Shown here piece after piece: positions 54,511 through 64,000 of a stretch of 64,000 nt of DNA. Origin of the DNA: an uncultured Nitrospinota bacterium. GTDB taxonomy: Bacteria; Tectomicrobia; Entotheonellia; J063; CAVPRW01. Under the pieces are notes generated by a model, which ran no database searches, was not told the origin of the DNA, and was given only the letters and a program-made list of their open reading frames with translations. The stretch covers positions 1 through 64,000 of the forward strand of contig CAVPRW010000029.1 of NCBI GenBank assembly GCA_963707985.1, written 5' to 3'. The position numbers and the translations under genes were made by a program. Positions within the stretch are counted from its first letter, which is position 1. Every line of letters begins with the position of its first letter.

Positions 54511-55796
54511 CTATTTCGTATCAAAGGCATTCTTGTAGTTAGGGACTTGCGTGTAGTCGAACCCAAGGGCAATATTATCTTGTGCGAGTTGTAGGTCGAC
54601 AGAATGGATAAAATCCTTCGCACTCAGGGAAATGCTTGCCCTCGATACTTGCTTTGGGGTATCACCTGATTTTGGAGGAGGCACTTCAGTCGCCCCTGGC
54701 GCTGGGGTCGGGGTCACAGTCGACGCTGACACCAGAGGCTTTTTCAGCTCCTGGGTAGTGATCATATAGTTCAATGCCTCATTCGTTACTACATAGCTGA
54801 ATATTTCATTCTCCAATGCCATGTATTTTAGGAAGAAGACTTTATTGTCGGTGATGTTTTGCTCTTGCCGAAACACCTTTGGCCATGCTCCGAAGAATAC
54901 GGAAGCAGCCATCATGATGAAAAAGGTTGTAATGATATACTGAGTGGTTGCTTCCCATCCCCTCTTGCCAATGAGCACGAGGGTAATCGCTGCTAAAGAT
55001 GCCACTAACAAGAGCATAATGATCGCCATGTAATTGCGTGTATAGTAAAAGGTCATGACATCAAGATGGAGGAGGCTTCGTTGCCGAGTCCGTTCGAGCT
55101 GGTCCTTCAGTCTGACTTGTTCGGCAGCCGTGAGTTGGTTGCCTTCGGGGAACGTGAGCAATTGTTCTTTCTGAGGAACCAAGTATTCATGCCAGTTCTT
55201 CGACCACCCTTTGGCTGTTTCTAATACGGCACAGCTGAGCGCGTAGATCACACCGATCAATACACCCGCGAGGACGACATGTCTGACGACTCTCCAGATA
55301 TTGCCCCATACAGGACCTAGACACCATGAAGCTGGCCTGATAGTCAGCACCGCCTGCTGTGGATCGCCCAACTACGCACCTGTAGGGTTGTGCAGCTGTA
55401 GATGTAGGGGCATGCTGTACGCTGCCAAGCTCGGAGGAATTGAAACCTGGAAGGATTGTTGGGTCTCGCCAGCTGCGAAACTGAGCGTCCCTGTCCCCAA
55501 GATACGCTCTGAACCATCATTGGCAGCACCGTTTTTCACAAGAGGTTATCTCGATTTAAGGTTCACAGACCTCTGACACCATGGGGAAGAGGGGCTTACG
55601 AGCCTTACACCGGCATACCAATTTCACTTTTCTCTGCAGACATTTACAGCTTAATCGGGATAAACTCTACAGTATACCGAACAGTTGCATTACCGATATT
55701 ATCACCTGTGCGTGTGACGTCAATGCTTGTGTTTGCTTCGTCCTTGTGAATTTGGTAGGCAGCATTACTAAACTGTAACGTCGACTCAGTCGCCAT
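54511..55796 (-). pseudogene. Calx-beta domain + multi-pass membrane domain protein, 5' part disrupted
   Basis: MATESTLQFSNAAYQIHKDE...VTRTGD...VRYTV and GTLSFAAGETQQSFQVSI...LHNPTGA*LGDPQQAVLTI (Calx-beta-like) precede the 3-TM ORF 54511-55371. Confidence 0.6.
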
Positions 55797-56617
55797 GCGT
55801 TCCCTTCCTTTCCGGCAGACAGCTGAGAACCTCGCCTATTGGCATCAAAATGGGATTTTCATGGGTAATCCAAAAACTTCTCCGCGAGAAAATCACAGAG
55901 TCAAGAACGTCACTTGCCCCGATTAGGGGGTCAAAAGGAGTTTTTCAGCACCCTGCCGGGAGTGTCGCGCTCATTCCTCAATGTTGCTTTCACGAAGGCG
56001 TCCCATGCTTTAACAGCTGGCGAAGTCTCACGTTTTTTTTCGGGTCCCATCTCTCCATAGGTTTCATCACTTCCTTCCGGGATGAAAATTGGGATCCCAA
56101 TGGAACAGGTAGTCCCCCCGTGAGTGCTCTGCAACTAGGCCCCTTGTTTCCCCCCGATAAATGCGCACCCGCCTCCCATCACTGTAGCCAACGAACGATC
56201 GGGCAACTGCCCCCCTTGAGTCTTTTGCATGTAAGAAGCCGCACATGCGATCTTTCACAGCATCCCACACTACTTGGCCTACCCCTCCAGGCAGACCCGA
56301 CAAGGCATCTATGAAGAGCCCCCCGTGCTCAACCACACGCTGAACGTCCCATGGAACTTAACGATCGCAGATCCGCACAACAGAGTTGTTGGAGCGACAG
56401 TCACGCGGGGCCTGGAGATGTGGTGACTGTTGAGCTACGGGTAACATTAACGTGAAGAAAATGGTCAATGCTAATAGGCACTATCAGCCCTCACAGGCTG
56501 TGGGTTCCAGCGGACGCTCAGGGCTCAAACTCTCACCCGCCATGCGGCCGTATGGCAGTGTCTGGATGCTTTCTGGAGACTAGGGTGTCCGCGTCAGTAC
56601 GTAGCCTTGCTGACGTC

Positions 56618-57187
56618 CTATCCATTTCGCCGCAAAAGCTCGCCGAGGCATAGTTTGAGCAACACCACCGCATCACGCTCGAAGAAAAGCGCGGCTCCGG
56701 TCTTCTTGGCGAGGGCGTGCACGATCGCGCGCACCTGGTCAGCCACGCCACCTGTGCCTTCCACAATCCCGATGATCTTCCCTTCATCATAGGCGATGGT
56801 GAACTCGTTGAGCGTGCCGATGCTGCCCCGAACGATCACCACGATATCCGACGACCGAATATTGATAACGTTCCGTCCTTTGTAGCCAAAGCCGGTATAA
56901 ATGATGACATCAGACCCCTGCCGCGGCAGACCATAACGTTCCTGGTGCTCTTCCAATGAATGTGCAGGGGAAATGCCCACAGTGAATCCGCCATGCTTGC
57001 GGACGGCCTCCGCGACGAGCTCAGGCACACCAGTGCTTTCTCCGCTAAGCAAAATGCAATCCTGCTCCACGATCGCCCGACCGAGGCTCTCGGCGACCGC
57101 TGTAAGGTTGGCTCGGTCCGCCTCGGCCAACGTTTCCTGCGCGGATCCCATCACCCCAATGGTTGGCTTTCTTCTACGCATATCCAT
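56618..57187 (-). CDS. LOG/SLOG family nucleotide-binding protein
   Basis: IGVMGSA, TVGISPA, TGFGYKGRNVINIRSSD, GSIGTLNEF. Confidence 0.88.
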   Translation of the reverse strand: MDMRRRKPTIGVMGSAQETLAEADRANLTAVAESLGRAIVEQDCILLSGESTGVPELVAEAVRKHGGFTVGISPAHSLEEHQERYGLPRQGSDVIIYTGFGYKGRNVINIRSSDIVVIVRGSIGTLNEFTIAYDEGKIIGIVEGTGGVADQVRAIVHALAKKTGAALFFERDAVVLLKLCLGELLRRNG

Positions 57188-57225
57188 ATGGCATTCCATC
57201 CTAAGCATTGGCCGACACGCGGCTC

Positions 57226-58671
57226 TCACTCTTCAACTTCCAAGGCCCTGGGGCGGTTGGAGAGGTGCAAGCGGTGCAGCCACACAAAGCGTCCGGCGAG
57301 AACTGTCATGATGGCTGGCGGGATGACGCTCATCTGGTAGACCCAGCTGGCCGCCGAAGCAACCGTCTCTGGCGCAATGCCCATCCCCAGCCCAGCCGCA
57401 TTGGCTACCAGCCCAGCTACCGCCGCCCCAAAGGCGATCCCCAGCGATTGGATGGTCGGGATTGCTGCGGCGGTCTGAGACTCTTCTCCCGACTGCGCTG
57501 CCGCCATGGTCCAACTGCTGATGTGTGCGAAGCACAGCCCGAGGCCGGCGCCGATCAGTGCCAGGCAAACGCCGAGGAGGGGGAGCGGCCCATTAACGAC
57601 GCACGCCTTCAATCCAACAGTGCCGAGAAGCATGAGCAGTGGGCCAAGCCAGATGACACGGCGCACCTGGCGGTCGCGCAAACTCGCACTACACAAGGCG
57701 AGCACGGTCCACGTAAAAGAGAGTAAGGCGTTGATATAGCCCGCACTCAACAGCGAGACCCCATGCAGTATGTGCAAGATCAGCGGCATGAACACGGTGA
57801 CCGTGCTGGTTGTGGTGCCAAATAGAAAGAACAACCAGGAAGCAGTCCCAACGAGCGTTTTCAGCGACAGCGGCCGGGAAGGAAAAAGGCGATTGGTGGC
57901 GCCGTTATCGAGGTGAAAAGCATACCACACGAGTCCCGCCGCACTGCCCAGTAAAGTCAAGCGCCACAACACCGGTGCCACAAGCCCACTTGCCGCCACG
58001 CCCAGCACCCCGAGCCCCAGCAGCGCCACACGCGCGGCTGGGAACTCGCCTGGCATGCCAATAACGGCATGGTCTGGCAAGACTTGCCATGCCATGACGC
58101 CCAACATGATAAGGATCGGTACCGCAATCCAGAACGCCCCACGCCACCATCCACTGGTGGCGAACACTCCTCCCACGATGGGGCCCAGCAAAGCCGCTAC
58201 CCCCCATATGCCCGAGATCGCTGATAGCACCCGCGCTCGCATGGTCTCGGCATAGAACTCGCTGACCATACTGTAGGCCAGGGCGACCATGAGGCCGCTG
58301 CCGAAACCTTGGACGGCACGCGCCAGCAACAGCACCGCGATGTGCGGCGCTATAGCGCACCCAGCCCAGCCAGCGAGCTCGACCAGCACCGCCACTATGT
58401 AGCCGCGACGCAAATTCAGCCTGGCTTTGAACAGCCCGCCACACGCGGTGCCCATGATGGCGGCGATGGTGTAGAGCATGGTGGCCCAGGTGTAGAATGC
58501 CGCGCCCCCGAGGTCGGCCACCACGGAGGGTAAAACCGTGGCCAGCAGATGGATGCCGACAGCATGCACGCCGACACCAAGGGTGAGGAGGACCGTGTAG
58601 GCCAGGTGACGGCCGTGAAACAATGCCGCCCATGAGGCCGCGCTCACGGGCAGGTGCGAGCTCTCCTCCAT
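57226..58671 (-). CDS. MFS transporter (14-TM DHA2-like)
   Basis: LPSVVADLGG, RAVQGFGSG, LLGPIVGG, WRGAF; hydrophobic throughout. Confidence 0.9.
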   Translation of the reverse strand: MEESSHLPVSAASWAALFHGRHLAYTVLLTLGVGVHAVGIHLLATVLPSVVADLGGAAFYTWATMLYTIAAIMGTACGGLFKARLNLRRGYIVAVLVELAGWAGCAIAPHIAVLLLARAVQGFGSGLMVALAYSMVSEFYAETMRARVLSAISGIWGVAALLGPIVGGVFATSGWWRGAFWIAVPILIMLGVMAWQVLPDHAVIGMPGEFPAARVALLGLGVLGVAASGLVAPVLWRLTLLGSAAGLVWYAFHLDNGATNRLFPSRPLSLKTLVGTASWLFFLFGTTTSTVTVFMPLILHILHGVSLLSAGYINALLSFTWTVLALCSASLRDRQVRRVIWLGPLLMLLGTVGLKACVVNGPLPLLGVCLALIGAGLGLCFAHISSWTMAAAQSGEESQTAAAIPTIQSLGIAFGAAVAGLVANAAGLGMGIAPETVASAASWVYQMSVIPPAIMTVLAGRFVWLHRLHLSNRPRALEVEE

Positions 58672-58727
58672 CGAGGAGGCCGCGCCGAACCGCTTCATGC
58701 GGTTTTGAACGCGGCGCCAGCAACGCC

Positions 58728-60131
58728 TCATGCCATGGCCTGCAGCGCTTGACGGGCCTCAAACAGCTCTAGGGCCTGGGGATGGAGCCGAACTTCCTCG
58801 GCTCTGCTGATAAGCTGCTGACAGACGTGGTGCTGCTGTGACGTCTGGCCGGTCTGCCCATAAGCCCAGGCCATGGCAGCCAGCGACGGGATATGGCGGG
58901 GATTGGTGCGCAGACGCTGCTGGGCTAATTCGATGACCTGATCCGTGTGTCCGAGGCGGCGCTGAAGCTCCAGAAAGACATCCTTGAAAATGTCTTTCTG
59001 CTCGCGGCTGCCCCCACCCATGGCATGGATGTGTTGCACCGCCGGGGCCATGAAGCGTTCCGCAGCGGCATAATCCTCCCGCATGAACGCTAACTCGCCC
59101 TCGAGCAGGTCGGCTCCCAGAGTCGACCAATGGCCACTGGCCTTACCCTCGGGAAGCTGTCGCAGGTAGGCCATTTGCCGACGCGCCTTCTCAACATCGC
59201 CAGCCCGCGCCAGGGCTAGACCAATCCAATGGTGCATCCAGATAGTCAAGTACTCCGGGTGCACCAGTAGCCGCTCGGCCTGCTCCGCCAGATCCTTCCA
59301 GGTGGTCCCATCCACCGGCAGCTGGCGCAGCACCTCCAGACGCCAGAGCAGCTCGATGCGCTCGAACAACGGCAGCGCTGGCGATGTGTGGGCCCAGTAA
59401 TCCCGCGTGAACTGTTCGTAGCCGAGGATGGCTCGTGCCTCCCCTAAATGCCACAGGATATGCGGATAGTGCTCGAGCGATGCGGCGCGCTCGAAGGTCT
59501 CCAGCGCTTCTCGGTAATCCCCACGCGAGATGTAGGCGTGGCCGACGGCGTGATAGGCATAGAGATTACCAGGGTCACAGGCCAGGGCTCGTGAGCTATA
59601 CGCAAAGCCCTCGGCGTTCTGCCCCGATTGCTCCAGGAAGAAGCCTTTCATCGTCTGGAATTGGGTATCGTCCGGACAGGCCTCCAAGCTTCGATTGGCG
59701 ATCTCCAGCCCCGCCAGATAATCACCGCGCGCAATACAGATGAAGCCCAGCAGGCGGACGGCCAGGCGGTCGGTCGGATACCGAGCACCGATCTGCGTCA
59801 GCAACTCATCTGCCGCCAGCGGCTCACCCCGATGCATGGCGTCGACGGCCTGCACGTGGAGTTGCTCGCGCTCATCGTGCAAGTCGTTGGCTGCCGTCAT
59901 AGCGCCTCGATAACCGTCCAGGGCCACGTTGACGTTGCCCATACGCCAGCCCATAAACGCTTTGGTACAGTGTGCCAGGGCGAACTGGGGGTCTTGGTTC
60001 GTAGCCGCGTTCAGGGCTTCCAGTGCCCCACCACGCCAGCGCAAAAAGAGGTCTAACCCGCGTTCATACGCGGCCAGAGCCTCCGACGACGTGGTGGAAA
60101 TCGGCAGACCTCGCATATCGGTGTAAGCCAT
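58728..60131 (-). CDS. Tetratricopeptide repeat protein (TTC38-like)
   Basis: D.RGLPIST.S.EA, HAVGHAY, HILWH, MGGGSREQKDIF. AGGAAG RBS. Confidence 0.75.
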   Translation of the reverse strand: MAYTDMRGLPISTTSSEALAAYERGLDLFLRWRGGALEALNAATNQDPQFALAHCTKAFMGWRMGNVNVALDGYRGAMTAANDLHDEREQLHVQAVDAMHRGEPLAADELLTQIGARYPTDRLAVRLLGFICIARGDYLAGLEIANRSLEACPDDTQFQTMKGFFLEQSGQNAEGFAYSSRALACDPGNLYAYHAVGHAYISRGDYREALETFERAASLEHYPHILWHLGEARAILGYEQFTRDYWAHTSPALPLFERIELLWRLEVLRQLPVDGTTWKDLAEQAERLLVHPEYLTIWMHHWIGLALARAGDVEKARRQMAYLRQLPEGKASGHWSTLGADLLEGELAFMREDYAAAERFMAPAVQHIHAMGGGSREQKDIFKDVFLELQRRLGHTDQVIELAQQRLRTNPRHIPSLAAMAWAYGQTGQTSQQHHVCQQLISRAEEVRLHPQALELFEARQALQAMA

Positions 60132-60240
60132 CGGTCTCTTCCTCCTTTGCCCTGTGAACTTGAATCGCTCCAATCGTGTTCCTTCCTCCTGGTTGGGGGA
60201 AGGGGCAAGGTATCCGTCGCTCAGGAGCGTTTTCGACCTG

Positions 60241-61203
60241 TCACCGCAGGCTCTCAGCAATACCTTTGATCAATCGGTAACAGATCTCGACGGTAGGCAA
60301 CGGCACCCCAATCTCCACTCCCTTGCGCACCGCATATCCGAACATCGCATCGTATTCCAACCGGCGGCCGCGTTCGAGATCTTGCAAGATCGAGACTTTA
60401 TGTGCTGTGGCCCCCTGGGCCTCCATCTGTGCCCCGACCTGTTGAAAGTCCCTCACAGCCTCGTCAAACCTCCCCTCACTGAGAGTCTTGGCGCTGAAGG
60501 CGCCTTTATCCAGCAATGGAATCCCGAGTTTTTCCGGGAGCTGGGCCATTTCTCGCGTCAGTGTCGCGGCCAGCCAGGCCAGGTCAGGATGCTTGAAAAT
60601 CCGATGGGTTTCCATACGGCACAAGGCCGACAGTGCCATCCAGCTGATATTGACCACATACTTGGTCCATTCGACACTGGCAATTTGTCCCGATGCCTCC
60701 GCCCGAATCCCCGCCCCTGCCAAGGCGGTGACCAAGGCCTCGACACGGGCGGACGTCCCCGCGGGGAGCTCGCCAATGCTGAACCACTCATTGGCAGTAA
60801 AACGCACCGTGCCGGTGGGAAGCAGCTCAGCACTGATGTGAACGGCAGCGCCGAGCGTCTTCTCCCAGCCGAAGCGTCGCGCCAGTTGCTCGTCCTTGAC
60901 CAGTCCGTTCTGCACCGACAGGACGCTCCCAACCGTGAGGTGGGCAACGTCCTCCAACGCCGCTTCCATGTCATAGGTCTTGACCGTCACCAGTAACGCG
61001 TCCGCGTGCTCCAACTCCTGTGGACGACTGGTCACAGGCACCGGCACCGTGAAGTCCGCCAGGCCGGTGACGCTCACGCCCTGTTCCTGGATCGCTTTGG
61101 CGCGGGCGTCACGGGCGATCAAGATGACATCGTCTCCAGCCCTGGCCAGGTGCGCGCCGAATAACGAGCCCAACGCCCCCGCCCCCAGAATCGCGATCTT
61201 CAT
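60241..61203 (-). CDS. panE: Ketopantoate reductase family protein
   Basis: IAILGAGALG, VKTY, QNGL, WTK...N, SILQDLERGRRLE. Confidence 0.85.
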   Translation of the reverse strand: MKIAILGAGALGSLFGAHLARAGDDVILIARDARAKAIQEQGVSVTGLADFTVPVPVTSRPQELEHADALLVTVKTYDMEAALEDVAHLTVGSVLSVQNGLVKDEQLARRFGWEKTLGAAVHISAELLPTGTVRFTANEWFSIGELPAGTSARVEALVTALAGAGIRAEASGQIASVEWTKYVVNISWMALSALCRMETHRIFKHPDLAWLAATLTREMAQLPEKLGIPLLDKGAFSAKTLSEGRFDEAVRDFQQVGAQMEAQGATAHKVSILQDLERGRRLEYDAMFGYAVRKGVEIGVPLPTVEICYRLIKGIAESLR

Positions 61204-61225
61204 GGCCCTCTCCTACCTGTCTGGC

Positions 61226-62413
61226 CTATGCCATGCCGAATTCCTTCGCCACGGCGCGGAAGCCGTCCATGGCACGCTCGATGGTCTGGTCCTCGACACA
61301 GTAGGCGATACGGAAGTGGCCGGGGGTCCCGAAGCCGCGTCCCGGCACGGTAAGGATATGTTTCGTTTGCAGTGCCTGGACGAAGGCGACATCGTCGCCA
61401 CCGGGCGCCTTCGGAAAGATGTAGAAGGCCCCTTGTGGTTTCACGAGCTGGTAGCCTATCGCTGTCAGGTTGTCGCACAGCATATTGCGTTTGCGCTCGT
61501 ATTGGCTCATCTCCACCGTCACCCCCTGCAAGTGCACGAGGGCGCGCTGCATCAGCGCCGGCGCGTTCACGAAGCCCAGCGTACGCGTCGTGAAGTTCAT
61601 GCCGCCGATCAGATCTTCCAGGTCGCCACATGTAGGGTTGATGGCAATATAGCCAATGCGCTCGGCGGGCAGCGCCAAATCCTTGGCGTGTGAGGTCACT
61701 GAAATGGCATTGGGGTAGTGTGGATAGATCTCCGGATAGGTCAGCCCACCATAAATCAATTTCTTATACGGTTCATCGCTCAGCAGATAGATCCTGGTGT
61801 TATACTGGCGCTGCTTACGTTGGAGCAGCTCTCCCAGTTGCTTGAGCGTGCTCGCCGGATAGATCACCCCGGTGGGGTTGTTCGGGGAATTGATCAACAC
61901 CACTTTGGAGCGTGGGGTGAGGGCGCTTTCCAGCGCCTCGAGGTCGAGGTCGAAATGGGCATCGGTGGGGACGACTTTAGCCACCCCACCGTGGTTATCG
62001 ACGTAGAAGTGATACTCGACAAAATAGGGGGAGAAGAAGATGACCTCGTCGCCAGGGTCCAGGAGCGCTTTCAGGACGACGTTGATCCCAGCTGCGGCGC
62101 CGACGCACATGACGATGTGCTCAGCCGTGAATGCCACGCCGGTCTCCTTCGCCAACTGCGCTGCCACTGCCGCGCGCGTCTCCGCATAGCCGGCATTTGG
62201 CATATAGCGGTGCATGCCTGGCGCCGGGTTTTGCAGCAACTGGCGCAGCGTGGTGTAAAAGGCCGGCGGCGGCTCCATCACCGGATTCCCCAGCGAAAGA
62301 TCGAAGATGTTGTCCGCGCCATACTGCTGTTTGAGGCGGATGCCCTCCTCGAACATGTCACGAATCCACGAGGCGCTCTCCATATAGTGCTTGATTTTTT
62401 GCGCAATAGGCAT
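61226..62413 (-). CDS. PLP-dependent aminotransferase class I/II (aspartate aminotransferase-like)
   Basis: DLSLGNP, INSPNNPTG, SDEPY, SHAKDLALPAERIGY. Confidence 0.92.
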   Translation of the reverse strand: MPIAQKIKHYMESASWIRDMFEEGIRLKQQYGADNIFDLSLGNPVMEPPPAFYTTLRQLLQNPAPGMHRYMPNAGYAETRAAVAAQLAKETGVAFTAEHIVMCVGAAAGINVVLKALLDPGDEVIFFSPYFVEYHFYVDNHGGVAKVVPTDAHFDLDLEALESALTPRSKVVLINSPNNPTGVIYPASTLKQLGELLQRKQRQYNTRIYLLSDEPYKKLIYGGLTYPEIYPHYPNAISVTSHAKDLALPAERIGYIAINPTCGDLEDLIGGMNFTTRTLGFVNAPALMQRALVHLQGVTVEMSQYERKRNMLCDNLTAIGYQLVKPQGAFYIFPKAPGGDDVAFVQALQTKHILTVPGRGFGTPGHFRIAYCVEDQTIERAMDGFRAVAKEFGMA

Positions 62414-62464
62414 AGGCTACCTCCCAACATCCAGTGTCGGGCCTTGCGGAAGTGATAGACCAAG

Positions 62465-62890
62465 ATGACGACAAGCTCCAAAAACTCAAACGATCAGGCG
62501 CGCTTGCTCCACTATACCCTGCCCGGTGGTTGGACGGTCCTGGTCGGCCGTACCGATGCGGACAACGATCGACTCAGCCTGCACATTGCCAAACCGAACG
62601 ATTGGTGGTTCCACATCAGGGGGATGCCGGGCAGCCATGTCGTGCTGCTGGCACGTCCCGGAGCTGATCCCGACCGCGCCACACTGAAGCGCGCCGCCGC
62701 CATCGCCGCGTATCATAGTAAAGCCAAGACCGCTGGGCTTGTGGCAGTGTCGTGCACGCGTGCGCGATACGTTACCAAGCCGCGTGATGCACCGGCGGGA
62801 ACGGTCAACATTCGCAAAGAAACGGTCCTCAAGGTACGCCCTGAAGCGCCGCAGATCACGGCAACGGAGGACGGCACCTCCGGGCTCTAA
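62465..62890 (+). CDS. NFACT RNA-binding domain (DUF814) protein
   Basis: VGRTDADNDRLS, DWWFHIRGMPGSHVV, AAAIAAYHSK. Confidence 0.9.
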   Translation: MTTSSKNSNDQARLLHYTLPGGWTVLVGRTDADNDRLSLHIAKPNDWWFHIRGMPGSHVVLLARPGADPDRATLKRAAAIAAYHSKAKTAGLVAVSCTRARYVTKPRDAPAGTVNIRKETVLKVRPEAPQITATEDGTSGL

Positions 62891-64000
62891 CGATACTTGC
62901 TGACCTGTGCACGGCTCCAGCGGCCGGCCAACCAGGCAGACACGGTGGCGAGCACGAGCACGACCATCGAGAGGCTAAACGATACAGTATAGCTCTTGGT
63001 TCTGTCGAACAAGAATCCGCTCAACCAGGGACCAATCGTCCCTCCAAGCCCTGAGCCGATCTCTAAAAACCCCAGAATGGCGCCATAATGCTTGCCGTGA
63101 AACAGGTCAAGGACCAGCGACGAGGTCACCGGGCCGCGGGCACCAAAGCCGAGTCCATAGATCGCAATATGGCACCACAGCAAGACGGTTTGGGAGGGGT
63201 CGTGCAACGCCATCAGCAGTAGCGTCCCGACAATGGTCAGGCTGTATGTCAGGCAAATCGTCGGCACGCGGCCGATGCGGTCGGACAACGAGCCAAAGAC
63301 GACGCGGCCGGTGAAGCTGAAGGCCCCCAAACTACCGAACGCAAAGGCCGCAGTCAGCTTATCAAAACCCTCCCCGACCAAATAGGCGACGTGGTGCGGG
63401 ACGACCATCATCATACCGAGCGGCGTCATCACACGCGTGGCAAACAGGAACCAGAGAGTCGGTGTGGCCAACGCACTACGCAATGTCCAGTCGTGTGGCG
63501 CAGCAAGAGGGCGCCTGTATGCTGAACCGACAGCCCCAGCGCGTAACGCAGGCTCATCGGAGACTTCACCATCAGCCAGCAACCCCATGTCTTCAGGGCG
63601 CTCGCGTTGGAAGAGCAGGGTCGGAGGGATGATGGTCACGACGGCGAAGACGGCCAGTGCGATGTAGGCCCAGCGCCAGCCGACATGCAGGATGAGGCTT
63701 TGTGTCAGCGGCACCACTAATAAAATTCCTAGGCCCATGCCAGCCATGGCAATGCCGATGGCCGTGCCCCGTTTCCTGATAAACCAGCGGGAGATGACCG
63801 GGAGATGCGGAAGATCCCCCACGCCGGTGATGCCGATAGCAAAGACCAGACCATAGGAGATGTAGAGCATCCATAAGCTATCGATGCGGCTTGCCATGAG
63901 AAGACCGAGGGCCATGAGGCAGGTACAGATGGGCACGAGCCGTCGTAAGCCAAGTCGATCGCTCAGCATGCCAATGACGACAGACACCGTTCCTTCGACG
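62887..64000 (-). CDS. MFS transporter (OFA-like), 5' end outside window
   Basis: GMLSDRLGLRR, WFIRKRGTAIG, GSLSDRIGR, GFLFDRTKSY. Confidence 0.9.
   Translation of the reverse strand, partial: VEGTVSVVIGMLSDRLGLRRLVPICTCLMALGLLMASRIDSLWMLYISYGLVFAIGITGVGDLPHLPVISRWFIRKRGTAIGIAMAGMGLGILLVVPLTQSLILHVGWRWAYIALAVFAVVTIIPPTLLFQRERPEDMGLLADGEVSDEPALRAGAVGSAYRRPLAAPHDWTLRSALATPTLWFLFATRVMTPLGMMMVVPHHVAYLVGEGFDKLTAAFAFGSLGAFSFTGRVVFGSLSDRIGRVPTICLTYSLTIVGTLLLMALHDPSQTVLLWCHIAIYGLGFGARGPVTSSLVLDLFHGKHYGAILGFLEIGSGLGGTIGPWLSGFLFDRTKSYTVSFSLSMVVLVLATVSAWLAGRWSRAQVSKYR

Noticed and set aside
55930..55956. IS5-like terminal sequence (GAGTTTTTCAGCACCCTG)
   Set aside because: Looks like an isolated IS end, but I could not find a partner repeat or transposase.
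1..64000. Genome-wide TGA reassignment (genetic code 4 or 25)
   Set aside because: Many intact genes (nirK, GGT, dppB, panE and others) end at TGA at the expected family length.

Overview
GC-rich bacterial window that reads as an accessory region with many gene fragments. The gene content (LLM oxidoreductase, amidohydrolase, Rieske oxygenase, several class III cyclase-AAA-TPR paralogs) is reminiscent of Ca. Tectomicrobia/Entotheonella-like genomes, but that is only an impression. In order: (1) 1-10 kb, a copper cluster with NirK carrying an extra N-terminal cupredoxin domain, a CopA-type P1B ATPase and small His/Cys-rich ORFs. It also holds two unrelated probable selenoprotein genes that the ORF track splits at in-frame TGA codons: a DUF1573-like protein with U-x-C (plus a decayed paralog keeping the same TGA) and a Tat-exported PCYCGC-family protein with U-x-x-C. 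Each TGA is followed by a SECIS-like hairpin. (2) 10-19 kb, metabolic genes and fragments. (3) 19.6-28.7 kb, a damaged defence island: SNF2 helicase, variable cassette, AIPR-like fragment, IS3, Type III Mod and Res. (4) 29-37.6 kb, an aromatic-catabolism-like cluster. (5) 38-51 kb, cyclase-AAA-TPR paralogs, a repeated cyclase-tail + comM fragment module and a peptide ABC transporter. (6) 51-56 kb, a decayed CHAT/lipase/Calx-beta module. (7) 56-64 kb, housekeeping-like genes. Clusters of single-base indels suggest some frameshifts are sequencing errors. No rRNA, tRNA or CRISPR array was recognised. All family assignments come from motif recognition by eye; no database search was run.
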